The notes under the pieces were generated by a model, which saw only the letters and a list, made by a program, of their open reading frames with translations, did no database searches and had not been told where the DNA came from. A program made the translations under genes and the position numbers. A stretch of 61,821 nt of DNA, counting the filler, from Sphacelaria rigidula (lineage: Eukaryota), in assembly GCA_964200075.2 (NCBI GenBank). It is 5 parts of 5 records of this genome, joined end to end, with 100 filler letters (N's around TTAATTAATTAA, not from the genome) between each part and the next. Parts side by side here need not be neighbours in the genome. Positions count along the whole stretch, not along the records: positions 49,539 to 61,821 come from CAXNAA020003924.1; 4 more parts are not named here. One strand, given 5' to 3'. Numbering within the stretch: position 1 is the stretch's first letter; every line of letters starts with the position of its first letter. Shown here piece by piece: positions 50,751-61,821 of this stretch.

Positions 50751-51508
50751 GTACGGCGTTCATGATGCGTGGGCGTGTGCGCGTGCTTTTATCAAATGTG
50801 TCATGTTTCAGACAAAGTGTATGGGTGGCCGCGATTGCTCATTTTTAGGTGGTGTTGTTTGCGCAAATGCGTGTTTGTACTTGACGTTGACATGTTCTAG
50901 GCAGATTGCGTGTCCACGTCTGCTCGTGTTCAGGGTATGCTCTGTGCGTGTTGCGTGCCCCTCTGCTCATGTTTTGTCGTGTGCCAGGTTGAGTGTGCGT
51001 GTTTTGTATTCGATCCTTATTCAGATTTGTGTGTTGTAGTAACATGTTCCATAGAGTGTACGATGTTGGGATTGCTCGTCTTGGGTGTGTATTCCTCTCT
51101 TGCGCGTGCTCTCGCTCTCTCGCCCTGTCGCCCTCGGTATGGTGCGCTACATTCTATTGCCGTGGTACCTCCAAACATGCGACACGATACAGGCTGACTG
51201 TAGATCAAATCCCGAAAGCATGTGAGAATACTCTACCTTGGCTGAACAATGTTAACACGAGTGTGAGCGGTTTAAGACCACGAAAACACTCAAAGTACAG
51301 GGCATGTCCTTGTCGTGGGTGTTGCTCTCAGAGAGGAGCCGCCCCGCTATAGTATCGGGGTCATGGGTGTTTGATGGGTCAGCTGGTAATATTGTTCCGA
51401 TATGAGGCTTGCACTCAAGAGGGTTATCTGAGCTCGTGTCCAATCGTATGTTGTCCCGAACGTTCTTATATATCTTTTTTACTTTGTTTCCTTTTTTTCA
51501 CGGGGCAG

Positions 51509-51601
51509 CTCATGGTACGACAGCTGGTGGCAGCGAGCAGTGGCATTGATGCGTCCAGACGGGCGGAATGGAGCCGGACCATCGCTACTCTCGTGCAGCA
51601 G
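51509..51601 (+). CDS. FAB1: FAB1/PIKfyve exon B (GC donor)
   Basis: LMVRQLVAASSGIDASRRAEWSRTIATLVQQ; acceptor GGCAG|, donor CAG|GCAAGA. Confidence 0.8.
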
Positions 51602-52639
51602 GCAAGAAACAGGCCCCCTCACCACTGTCCTATGTATACAGTGTAAGATTCCTCTCATTTTTTGTAGCATTGGGATCGTTATTATCGGGGCTGATTTTCA
51701 GACTTTTCTGGCTGTTCCGAAAATAAAAACTGCCTCCCCGAAAATATTTGACAGCAGATTTCTCAACCGCGCCAAGACATACATCAATTAAGAAACTCTC
51801 CACATATTACTCGGAAAATCTAGCGCTAGAGTGTTTTTTTTTACTTTTTTTCCCTCGAGAATTCGGAAACTTTTACACAAGAAGATGGAAAGAGTCTATA
51901 TGGAAAAACTTCCGTGAATAACGACCCTTAGACTCGTCTTTTCTCGGTTCCCGCTGGCGCTGGGTTGATGGTACCGGTGCTGTGAGTACGTCAGTACCCG
52001 CGATTAACTCACGTTTCCGTCGCCGTTGTGCTTGTTGCTGTGCGTTGTGTTCCCGTACAGACCCGGCCCGGTATTTGAATGTGGCAGACAAGAACCTAGA
52101 GCTCGGTTTTTTTTCGGGGGAGGGGGGGGAGGTCAAAACATGTTCCAATATGAAATGGGCTAAATTCAAGGCCGCCGGCTAACTAATATGTCACTGGTTG
52201 ATGGGTGATTGAATTGATTGATTGATGGTCGCACTTCAACAAATCCCCTAGGGGATCCAGCTGCGGTCACATGGTGTACGTATCCGAGAGAAGCAACAAA
52301 ACTGAAACTCTCACTGAAAAGCGGTGAAGAAAAAAATGAAAAACGTGGAACAGACAGAGCAGACTCAGGAAGGTTATGTCGTGGCGAATGATGTGCTGTA
52401 ATTCAGCATCGCTATGATTGTGGCCTTGGAGCGATTGGCCCGATATCCTGTTCATCTCCAGCAAGCCAGAGCTGTGCGTTGATGTCAGTGATCATGATCT
52501 CATCTGTCGCCGTCACTGTCACTATATACTCTTGCTTGCTGTTGTTGTTATCGTCATTGTTGTTGTCGCTCACCACCGAGCATGAGACTATCGTAACGTG
52601 TGAGCGCTTCTTTTTCAATGGCGACCTTGTGGTTGGCAG

Positions 52640-52800
52640 GCGGTGAGCACGGTAGAGCCCAACGTGAAAGCGGCCGATCAAATGGATATTCGACCGTACG
52701 TCAAGACAAAGCTCGTGCCCGGAGGAAGGCGGGAAGAATGCCGCTACGTGGATGGTGTCGTCTTTAGGCAGAACGTTACGCACAAGGCCATGCCAAAGGG
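52640..52800 (+). CDS. FAB1: FAB1/PIKfyve exon C (start of the CCT/Cpn60-like domain); 3' boundary uncertain
   Basis: AVSTVEPNVKAADQMDIRPYVKTKLVPGGRREECRYVDGVVFRQNVTHKAMPK matches the Fab1 MD-x-x-x-YVK-x-K-x-(I/V)PGG...GVV-x-x-x-NV-x-HK-x-M signature. Confidence 0.92.
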
Positions 52801-52859
52801 GGTTGAAATAAGTGGTGTGAAAAGGGGCGGGGGGGTGCACTCATAATCTTGCTTGCCAT

Positions 52860-53390
52860 TGTCGGAAGACATCTACAAAACGGGCGGCGGGGCGAGGCGA
52901 GGGCGGGCAGTTGTTTGTGGCTTCCCTTGGTTGTTTGATCATTGACCACGCATCCATTCTGAGATGGAGCACTGTTCCTACTCCTCGTAGAGACACCTCC
53001 TTCATTTTGGGCGCTCATTACGTTTCTTCCATAGATGAAATGAGAACGTTTTCCACATCTTATCCCCCTTCTTGTTCCGCCATCTGTGGCCACCGTGTAT
53101 CTCTTAGTATAGTGATCAGTTTCTCGCTTCTGTCAGACGTACCAAACGATTTTACTCCATCTTCGTTTATTTCCCGCATTCCATCCTCGTTCACGTCCCC
53201 GTCCTCCTTCTTTAGTTCACATTCTCCCACAAAGTGAGTTCTACTGTCCGTTACCTTCCCGCAGGGACAATTATGTGCATCAGCTCCCGCCTCCACCTGA
53301 CGGCTGGTATACTTCGTCCTTCCCTCTGGGAGGTCCAGGCCCCCCACACGAAGTCGCACAACAACGTTTTCGCGTAGTCGACCTGCGCTT
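52860..53390 (-). mobile_element. LINE 3' end (C-terminal CCHC knuckle) in a FAB1 intron
   Basis: LRVGGLDLPEG..CPCGKVTDSRTHFVGECE..FGTSDRSEKLITILRDTRWPQ; a second fragment lies at about 54110-54340. Confidence 0.75.
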
Positions 53391-53866
53391 TTTGGCATTG
53401 TTGTTGCGGATGCAGGGGGGTGTTGCACAGGTGGCCAGAGGGTACCCCCGGGGCGCAGGTGGCGATACTACTGCGGTTTTTGGTTGGGTGTGAACCAACT
53501 TGGCATCCATCGTGTGTACAGTACAAGGATGTTCGCCACGCTGTGCGCATGTTGGACAAGGCCACGACTTCGCACATACGTATGTGCTACTGTACGTCGC
53601 ACATTTGTGTACACATTGACAATGCCCCCCGCCAGAAACACGGTTCGTCGCAGTGTTCGCCCCCTCAAAGATACCCCTGACCGTCAACGTGTGTGTATAT
53701 CCATGAATGACAACGATGTGGGTGCTCCGAGGTTTGTCCAACTTGCAGTTCCGTACGAGCCAAAGGTTAAGTCCTTGTGGTATGCTTCATTTATCTCTCT
53801 GTCTCTGTCTCCCTTCCTCTATCTTCCTCTCGCTTAATATATGTGTGTGAACGAACCTATGTATAG

Positions 53867-53978
53867 AGTCATCGAGCGGCCGAGGCTACTCGTGCTCTCC
53901 GGCGGCATCGAGTACCAACGGGGCGACAAGTTTACGAACCTCAACCAGCTCAGGGAGTCCGAGGAGCGCCGCATAGAG
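53867..53978 (+). CDS. FAB1: FAB1/PIKfyve exon D
   Basis: VIERPRLLVLSGGIEYQRGDKFTNLNQLRESEERRIE (PRILLL..IEYQR motif); donor GAG|GTATGA. Confidence 0.9.
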
Positions 53979-56900
53979 GTATGATGCGTTGTTCTGCACG
54001 CGCGAGGGAAGATAGCGGGGCAATTACTGAATTTTGAACAGTTTCCCAGGCACAAAATTGCGGTATTCTCAGCCATTGGAGAGGTTGAATTCTGGAAAAT
54101 TGACGAAACCAGCGGGGGGCGGGGCGGGGCTTACTCGTTTGTTGCTTGCCTTAGTCGCGTGACCATTGACCACACATCCCTTTCGAGACGGAGGAAAGCA
54201 GCGCGGGGGAGGGGGGTGGGGAGGTTGCATAGCATAAACCCTTTTGCGCGCCCGGAGATGGACGCCTGAGTTTCTGAGCCTGAGATGTGATTTTTCAAGT
54301 AAATATGATGCGGATTTGACAGGTGGACACACGGGGGTGTTTGGAAGGATTGGAGAATGTTGGGTAGCATATAAATCACTGTACGCGGGTCTGTAGATCT
54401 CGATGTGCTGAAATCATGTGTATTCGTGACCCGTTACAGTTGTCGCGCAGGCTATGTATGTACTGTACACATGCAGTGACTTCGTCGATCCCCTTCCTCA
54501 TGAGCCGTCACGAGACGACGCGGTGATTTTGATCATGGCCCTGCTCATTCCTATTCATTTCACGCCTGCCCAAATACTTGTGGACACGATTCATCCTGTC
54601 ATGGGGCTACCGTACGTGATAGATACTACACATGGCAAACTGTAAGGTTTTTGTTCATTCAAATATTTTGTTCAGTTGCATGCAAATGTGCTCTCTGTGC
54701 AGCCGAATATCGCATTTTCATCTCGATCAGACGCGGACCTACTTCACAATCGTGTGCTTCGCGATCTCAACGCATTTTATCCCGGCTGGCACTAAATGAC
54801 GTGCCCGATTGTAGGCCTTGCCGGCATGAAGAGTGCTTCTGTGACGCCTGACTTTTTTGCCACTAATTTCGGCTCGCACCCCTGCACCCCGGTGGTTTAC
54901 CTGGTGCAGCTTGAAATCGATCAAGGGCGTTATCGAGGATTCGAGTCCCGTTATCTGCCTTTATCTCTCTGAGGAATACAGTTTCTAATTTTCGCAGCGA
55001 AATCGTGAGGATATGAGTAGCAAATAAAATCTGGCGAAAGTCGTGGGGGTAGGCGCGGGAGTGCCGATTCAATCCTCGATACCAAAATGTCAGGCATGTA
55101 TGTACCGGGGGAGATATGGGTTGGTTGGTCCCTTGAGAGCACGAACTCGCGCCGAGGAAAGAGAGGAGCCGAATAACAGGAACTGGTCCGCCACTGGATA
55201 TGTGCACACCATGAAAGAAAATACGGCTAGGAAGTCACCGTTGGATAAAACCTGTAGTAGGTGTTATACGGAGTACAGCACCCGGGGCGATGAGGACGTT
55301 TAATCGACTCGACGCTGTGAGATGCGGCGGCCGCACCCCGCAGAAAGTCGTGTCGTTGAAATCCTTACGGTGATGTGCGGCGTCTTAGCGTATCTGCCCT
55401 TTTCCGTGGCACGTGCCTGACATTTCTTCAACGAGGATTCAGATCAGCACTCCCGTAGCCACCCCGTCGACTCTTGTTGATTTTTTTTTTTTCCGCACGT
55501 CCTCATGCTTTCAATGCCGGGAGAAAATGATATTCCGGGAAAACTGTATATGTCGGAATTGATCTCAAAAACTTCCGCCCTTAGGTGGCCGTTGGTTAAC
55601 CACTTCGACCACCGGGTGGTGGCGGCCATGTAGAGAGGAAATGTTGACTTTGGAATCCCCACCTTCCCCCAGGGGTGACATACCGTTTTCATTTTCTTCA
55701 GACATTGATTTTGATTGATCGATTGATTGATTGTCGCGCTTTAACTGACCCCCCCCAGGGATCCAGCCGTGGTCACATAATAGACGTACCCAAGAAAAAC
55801 AAACCTGTAGTATCGAATCTCCGGGGTCTGTGCAGGTTGATCAATACTGAATATGGTAGCCCGGGACAAAACACAGCAGGCGGGCAGGTTTGTCTTCTGC
55901 ATACCTCGACGGTTACAAGTATGAAACGGGGGAAGAACCCTTGACAGACACTATTTTTTTGTGTGTTTTTCACTGTACCCCTTGTGTAGGGTAGCATCCC
56001 GCACATCAGAGTTCTTGCTGGCTGTGCGTCTTCCACGGGAATGATATATTGAAATTCCTTTTGGAGGAGGGGAGAGAGCGGGGAACTTGTGGGGTGTTAT
56101 CGTGTGTAAGGAACACGGTACTCTCGCTGACGATGGTTGTTGTCGATGAATGTAGATCAGGGTAGATATCTCTCGTCACGACGGGCGAGTTAAAGTCAAG
56201 GCGTGTCCTATCACCCGGTGGTACTGTATGATGCACCACACGAGGGATATGCTTGATGTGCCTGCTATGCTAGGTCAGGGGGGGTCCTGGTATCGACGAA
56301 GAGACAAGAGGCTCTCCAAGTATTTCATTCATAAATACTAATGTCTGCGTACGGAGCTCGGTACTCTCAAGTACCCGTCGTAGTACACAATTTTTCAATT
56401 TCGACCAAGTTTCACGGACGAATCGAATTCAGTATGCGCACATATTCTCCACAATGGATAGTGTGGTGGCTCTGATACACGAGGGATACACCACTTGTTC
56501 ACAACATCTGCTCGTTTTTTTTTTTCCCTATGCGGGATGTATTTCCAGGGGAGACGGTCAATACTCAGCCTGTTTTTCAATATTTTCCGCATGCGTGCTT
56601 TTGTTATAGCGAGCTCCTCATGTGCTGAAAACAGACCAGAAACGTACGAAAGTCGTGAACCCCGAGCGCTGCATACACGGCAATGAACATGACGCGGTTG
56701 TCGTGTACTACGTGTACAGCAGCGGGGCAGTAGATGAACGTTCCATGTCGGATCGAACCGTTTGGTGACCTGTCTGTCCGTGTGTGTATGTTGAGCCAGC
56801 CTTCCTCGACACAATCTTGACAAAACACCGTCGACATAGCATAGACATCAACAGCCTAGGTGCTTCCATCTATACAACTGATGCCTTGGCTTGCCCGGTA

Positions 56901-57874
56901 AACCTCATCGCTTCCCCCTTCCCACCATGGTGCCACCCACACGCATACGGATCAAATGATGTAATGTTAAGCTGCCGGCGTTCGCACGCGTCACAACAGA
57001 GGCAGAGGAACATGTGGTACCTCATACGTGTGTACCAGAGTTCTATGCCCGAAGATGTGCACTTTTTTCACGTCTTATTTTTCTCGTCACACGTTCAACC
57101 CCTCCCCTTTATCGTGACGAACCCGTGGTCTCATGGGACCAACCAATCTCTGTCCCGGGACACGCCTTGCATTTTGACATCGCGATTGGATCAGCACTCA
57201 CTTCTGCACCGCGGCGACTCTCGACATACATTTTTGATTTTGTTATGCTACTCCCGTCCTCACGTTGATTCGTCAACGCCAAAAAGGAGATACTTTGAGC
57301 GAAAAAATCACATGCAGCTGCGGGGATTCGAACCCACTTTTGCGTGCGAGGGTCGAGGAAGGAACAGGGTCGGACAAAGCAGGAACGATGCACATGCATC
57401 CTGCGAAAAAAAGACTAGAACCGAACTGACATGTCTTCCCACCTAGTATGCCTTTTAGCCGTACCTTTGGACCATCGAGGTGCAGCGTTGTTCCTAGCAA
57501 CAACAAAAAAGCCTAAAAATAGAAGCCAGAAGTGGTGAGTTTTATCTCGTGCCGAGTACAGCGACGCGATAGCAGGCACACAACGTTGTAGAACGTGTGT
57601 GCGTGGAACGACACACCGAGTTGCCGATGTATCTGATATCTTCGTGTTCCATTCCGATCTGTTATGCTCCGTTCCGATCTGTTATATGGTATTCTGGTTT
57701 GTTTTATATTATATACTTCGGAACGTGAGTGCTTAGACCAATGAATTCACTGACGTGTACATTCCATCTGTCCTGATTGATCTGTATGCTGTGATTTATT
57801 CTCATCTCATGTGTCCTGTTATGCCATCTCTGTGGCGTTTCTTCATACGCGTGTTGATACGTTTGCCGGCACAG

Positions 57875-57994
57875 ATCGCGGTGGAGAAGATCGTTGCCCT
57901 GCGGCCCCACCTGCTGCTGGTGGGCAAAACAGTGTGCCACGTTGCCCAGAAGCTTCTGCGAGAGCGCGAGGTTGTCCTGGTGCAGAATGTCAAG
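57875..57994 (+). CDS. FAB1: FAB1/PIKfyve exon E
   Basis: IAVEKIVALRPHLLLVGKTVCHVAQKLLREREVVLVQNVK; CACAG| ... AAG|GTACGG. Confidence 0.92.
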
Positions 57995-58204
57995 GTACGG
58001 AAATGTAGCACCCAAGGGTGCACAGCATGGGTGTATAAGTAGGGCAGGAATATTCTTCTCCTTATAGCAAGCAGCAGATCGCACTCTGCAATTGTAATGT
58101 AAATGTTACACTCCCACGGAAGACTGGCTTCCGCGAGCGCTGTGTCGACGTGGCTGATCCTACGGTAGGAGGGGGGATGCTTTGCGCCTTTTGTTACGCG
58201 GAGG

Positions 58205-58520
58205 AGCCACTGAGTTGTACCGTACAACTCAGCCAGTGAAAAATGGCCCCTCTGAGTTGTACCGTATAACTCAGCCGGTGGAAGATGACGCCACTGAGTT
58301 GTACCATATAACTCAGCCAGTGGAAAATGGTACCACTGAGTTGTACCATATAACTCAGCAAGTGGAAATGGTACCAGTGAGTTGTACCATATAACTCAGC
58401 AGTGGAAAATGGTACCAGTGAGTTGTACCGTATAACTCAGCCATTGGAAAATGATATCGCTGAGTTGTACCGTAAAACTCAGCCAGTGGAAAATGGTACC
58501 GCTGAGATATACCAAACTCG
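58205..58520 (+). repeat. Minisatellite of about 42 bp, about 7.5 copies, each with an internal hairpin (intronic)
   Basis: CCACTGAGTTGTACC(G/A)TATAACTCAGCCAGTGGAAAATGGTA; CTGAGTT...AACTCAG is inverted. Confidence 0.95.
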
Positions 58521-59114
58521 AGTGAAGTTGAGTTGCATTGTTCAACGTGTGTGTGTAGTATTGGATATCAGGGTGATGCTTCATTTTCGTTATTTTCTCT
58601 CACCCGCAAGGAGAGTCGTTTTGGTCGTTTCATGCTTTGTTTGCGTCATTCGTGTCGATAATGTTTGGCAGACAAAAACAAGGCCCTCTTCTTGAGCTCG
58701 CTTGTAGCGCACGATGTCACACCAGTATGTTTGAGAGAGGTGCTGACATACAATAGAGTATGTCCATCCGTGTATTTTCATCGCATTAGACCTTTCCATT
58801 CGGATCCGCCACCCCAAACAACCCCAACAATTCCCGCACAACAAAAAATGAACTTTAAATTACATTATATTTTGCTATATATTGATATACATGTTGAAAA
58901 TCCTCGAAGAAAACCGCACCTCTTTGTTCGGAGGTTCGCCCCTGTGCTGTTTATTCGGAACACCGGGTCACGGTTCTTCGCGGACCGCTTTGGAGTCGGA
59001 CACCCGACACACAGCATGCGACAAAGAAACCCCCAGTCTCCTCCTTGTATTTTGTCTGCTACGGAGTGATTTCTCCTTCATTACCGTTGTCCCTCTCCTC
59101 CCAAACCACCTCAG

Positions 59115-59219
59115 ACTAAAACTTTGGAAAGGATAGCCAGACTGGTGGGAGCACGCGTCCTTCCGTCTGTCGACCAGATCATAGACCACCGCGCCCGGGG
59201 AGCAGCAACACGTGCGGAG
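59115..59219 (+). CDS. FAB1: FAB1/PIKfyve exon F (GC donor)
   Basis: TKTLERIARLVGARVLPSVDQIIDHRARGAATRAE (L-x-RIAR-x-x-GA motif); donor GAG|GCAAGT. Confidence 0.88.
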
Positions 59220-60158
59220 GCAAGTTTCGCTGATTATTACATGGGATATCGCCGCCTTCCCCATTCCCCAATTTCGGTGATCATCCGTCATGTTCCATTT
59301 CTCGAGAGAGAAGAACGAAGACCATGCACTACCGTAAAATTATACTTATATTGAAAATATGAATATCGACGGCACGGATCTCTCCGGCGACACCAGTTCC
59401 CAAGGGTGGTTAGGGTTGGGGTGTGTGGGTACAGGTTCAGGTACTGCTCAGTATTTACAGTGTTCAAGGTGCTGTAACTGGAATACTCTGTATCTTGTGA
59501 GCTGGTACCTCACGGACACCCCGAGACTCTCGATGCTGCCTTTTGCGCTTAGTACCCAGGGTGACCTGGTATAGGATAGCCTACTATCACCATCTTCGGT
59601 GTCACTAGCACCGCAGTTTTCCAAGGAAATATCAAGATGACCAAAACGTCGCGGGAAGAGGGATGAGAGAAGAGGTGGCGTTATTTACTGTGTCATGTGG
59701 TTTGTCTCTGCACATGTAAAAGTCGGGATTTCTCGGATAGGTAGAGAAATGTCATGAACGTGATGTCCTTTGCAGTGCCACGTTTTGTCTTGTACCAAGT
59801 ATGATGCTTGAGCGCGCCTTGAAACTTCCACTTCCACACCGTAAGGGGAGGACGGACCCCAAGATGCTTTGGCTGATCTCGACCCCCGCATGCAAGTAAT
59901 GTTTTTAGACATTCACTTTGATGCAGTAGATGATGACCACTTCATGAGTATGTCGTTGTAGATCACACCCGTTTCAACTCCGTTGGGTTTTACTTGATGA
60001 AAACCCCGATGATGTTCGTTGTGTCGAACGGGCATCGTGTTCGCTTTGATGCATGATTGCCAGCGGTAGCCAATCCTATGTGGGTGCTCCAATGACCAAA
60101 GTACAAGCTTTTGTCTGCTCCTGTTGCTTGTTTCCGTTGTTTGTTGCATTTGGAAAAG

Positions 60159-60255
60159 ATGGGCTTATGCGGGCGTTTCAGCGTGAAGACATTCGCTTCT
60201 CCGGGTCTGGAAGCGTGCGTGGCAAGTCTGAAGCCGCAAAGCGGTGCCGCCGAAG
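60159..60255 (+). CDS. FAB1: FAB1/PIKfyve exon G
   Basis: MGLCGRFSVKTFASPGLEACVASLKPQSGAAE (G-x-C-x-x-F-x-V motif); phase-1 donor AAG|GTGAAA. Confidence 0.82.
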
Positions 60256-61376
60256 GTGAAAAAGTAGCATGCCTCTCTCTTTTTTCTGTGATCATTTTAT
60301 GATGTGGAGGGTAGGGTAAATGGCGGGATAATTACCTTTTTTATCGGCGTACTTTTTCCATTGCGAGATTTTTTTTTATCGATTTTTTTTTCTGGACGGT
60401 TTTGCCGCAAGGTATCATAGGCCGCCCATAAATCTCAAGTTTTGGTCATTTTCCTACTCGTTTAACGATGGACACTGTGGGTAGTTGCAGAATGATTCCT
60501 TGGCGACATGAAGATGCGTTTGGCGTAGGCAATGCTGCGGAATGATTTTCACCAAACGGTTTGGCTGCTGACGGGTTTCCTGCCGCCGAACAGACCCTAT
60601 GTTAATTGATTGGTTGTCGTACAATAACTGGCCCGTCGCAAATGTAGCCGCGGCCACAAGACATACCCGGGGTGTATGAAAACGGTGCTTTCGAGGAGAA
60701 ATCCAGGGAAACGATGATGAGATAGGAAAGAGAAGGAGTGCGCGTCCAGCGTCAATGCGGGCCTGGTTATTGCTGGCGGATTGACTTGTCTTGACGCTTG
60801 ACAGCAGGGCTTCTGCGGACGTTTTTTTCCTCCCTTATTTTTTGGTCACATTTTGTCATTCGATGTCGAGGAACCCGTAGTCCGGAGGCCTGGACGTTTG
60901 TAAGGGTTTCGTTTCCGCCTTTCTCTTTCCAAAACAAAAACCATGCCCGTTTCCTCCGCATCCGTGACATTCCTCGCCGCAGGCGCTCAGGCGACAGCCG
61001 ACGCAGGTGGCTCTGAGCGGGAACAGTCGTGGGCGATGAAAGACTGGAAAGATCTGGAAGAGCGATTGGTCCAAGGCATGTACTAAGTTTTTTTTTTTTC
61101 TTCTCATGCGCGTAGTACATTATTGTCACACACCAAAAGTTTCACGTTCGTTTCAGTTTGTGTCCGTCCATGCCGTAGATACCGGCGGCATAAGACCGAA
61201 CAGGTAGGAACGTCGTCATTTTTTTTCGGCAGCGAAAAGTTGAACTTGTACTGAGCCGCTTCGTTTCTCCCCCTACGTTTTGCTGCCTAGCTTCGTGTGT
61301 TATGGATACCTCACGTATTCCAATCCGTGATTCCTCTTGCGGTGTGATCTATCGTCAACGGGCGTGTGTTTTCCAG

Positions 61377-61495
61377 GCGACGGATCAAACTGGATGAGGT
61401 CGTGGGTTCCAGAGAAATTTCGCGGCGTGCGGGGACGCGGAGGTGTTACGTACGTCTTTCTCGAGGGTTGTCACAAACGCCTCGGTTGCACCTTG
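61377..61495 (+). CDS. FAB1: FAB1/PIKfyve exon H (gene continues beyond the window)
   Basis: GDGSNWMRSWVPEKFRGVRGRGGVTYVFLEGCHKRLGCTL (EGC-x-x-x-LGCT motif); TTTTCCAG| ... TTG|GTGAGA; phase matches exon G. Confidence 0.9.
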
Positions 61496-61821
61496 GTGAG
61501 ATCATAATCACGTCTCGAAATGTCCGCTGTATCAGCCATACCCTACATTTTCAGTCTGCCACGCTTGAGCTAGGACTCGTGGTTGAAGCCGCACAGTACA
61601 GTACTCTAAGTAAGATATGCAAGACATGGCAATGGAACCTCCCGCTACTCGCAAGTGTTTACAGTGTTGATTTTAACGTATCCACGATTTTTCTGGCATC
61701 CTGCCCGTGTAAATGGGGCATGTTTGACACTTTCTACGATAGCCCCCCCCCCCCCCTCCCGCCCCCCCACCACGCCCCCCCCCCACCCCGCACCATCCAC
61801 CGGACACCGCAGACCCAGAAC

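Noticed and set aside
58182-58695. Repeat-protein ORFs (TELYRITQPVENG)
   Set aside because: Translation of an intronic minisatellite; units of 40-42 bp shift the frame.

Overview
Eukaryotic, repeat-rich DNA, most likely from a brown alga (Phaeophyceae, stramenopile). The evidence is an EsV-1-7 repeat gene, a bipartite plastid-targeting presequence and short exons separated by long introns. The window is not one locus. It is five unrelated contigs (12285, 12285, 12284, 12284 and 12283 bp, in descending length) joined by artificial 100-bp N44-TTAATTAATTAA-N44 linkers, so no synteny can be read across the gaps. Coding content: (i) an intact single-exon EsV-1-7 repeat gene (33209-34717); (ii) eight exons of a FAB1/PIKfyve gene covering the CCT/Cpn60-like domain, with two GC-AG introns (50367-61495); (iii) the first exon of a plastid-targeted protein (21151-21306, minus); (iv) a decayed transposase-like gene with DN..D, G(D)-x-x-T and GDWH motifs and a C-terminal CXC domain (7561-10871, minus). 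The rest is decayed LINE, Copia and CRE-like relics, several MITE families, tRNA-like SINE heads and minisatellites. The most unusual structure is a 1.6-kb TIR element with an 8-bp TSD (28018-29605). It carries about 24 copies of a palindromic CAATATATATTG core at a 42-43 bp period, separated by non-repeating GC-rich spacers. All calls were made by eye; no searches were run.
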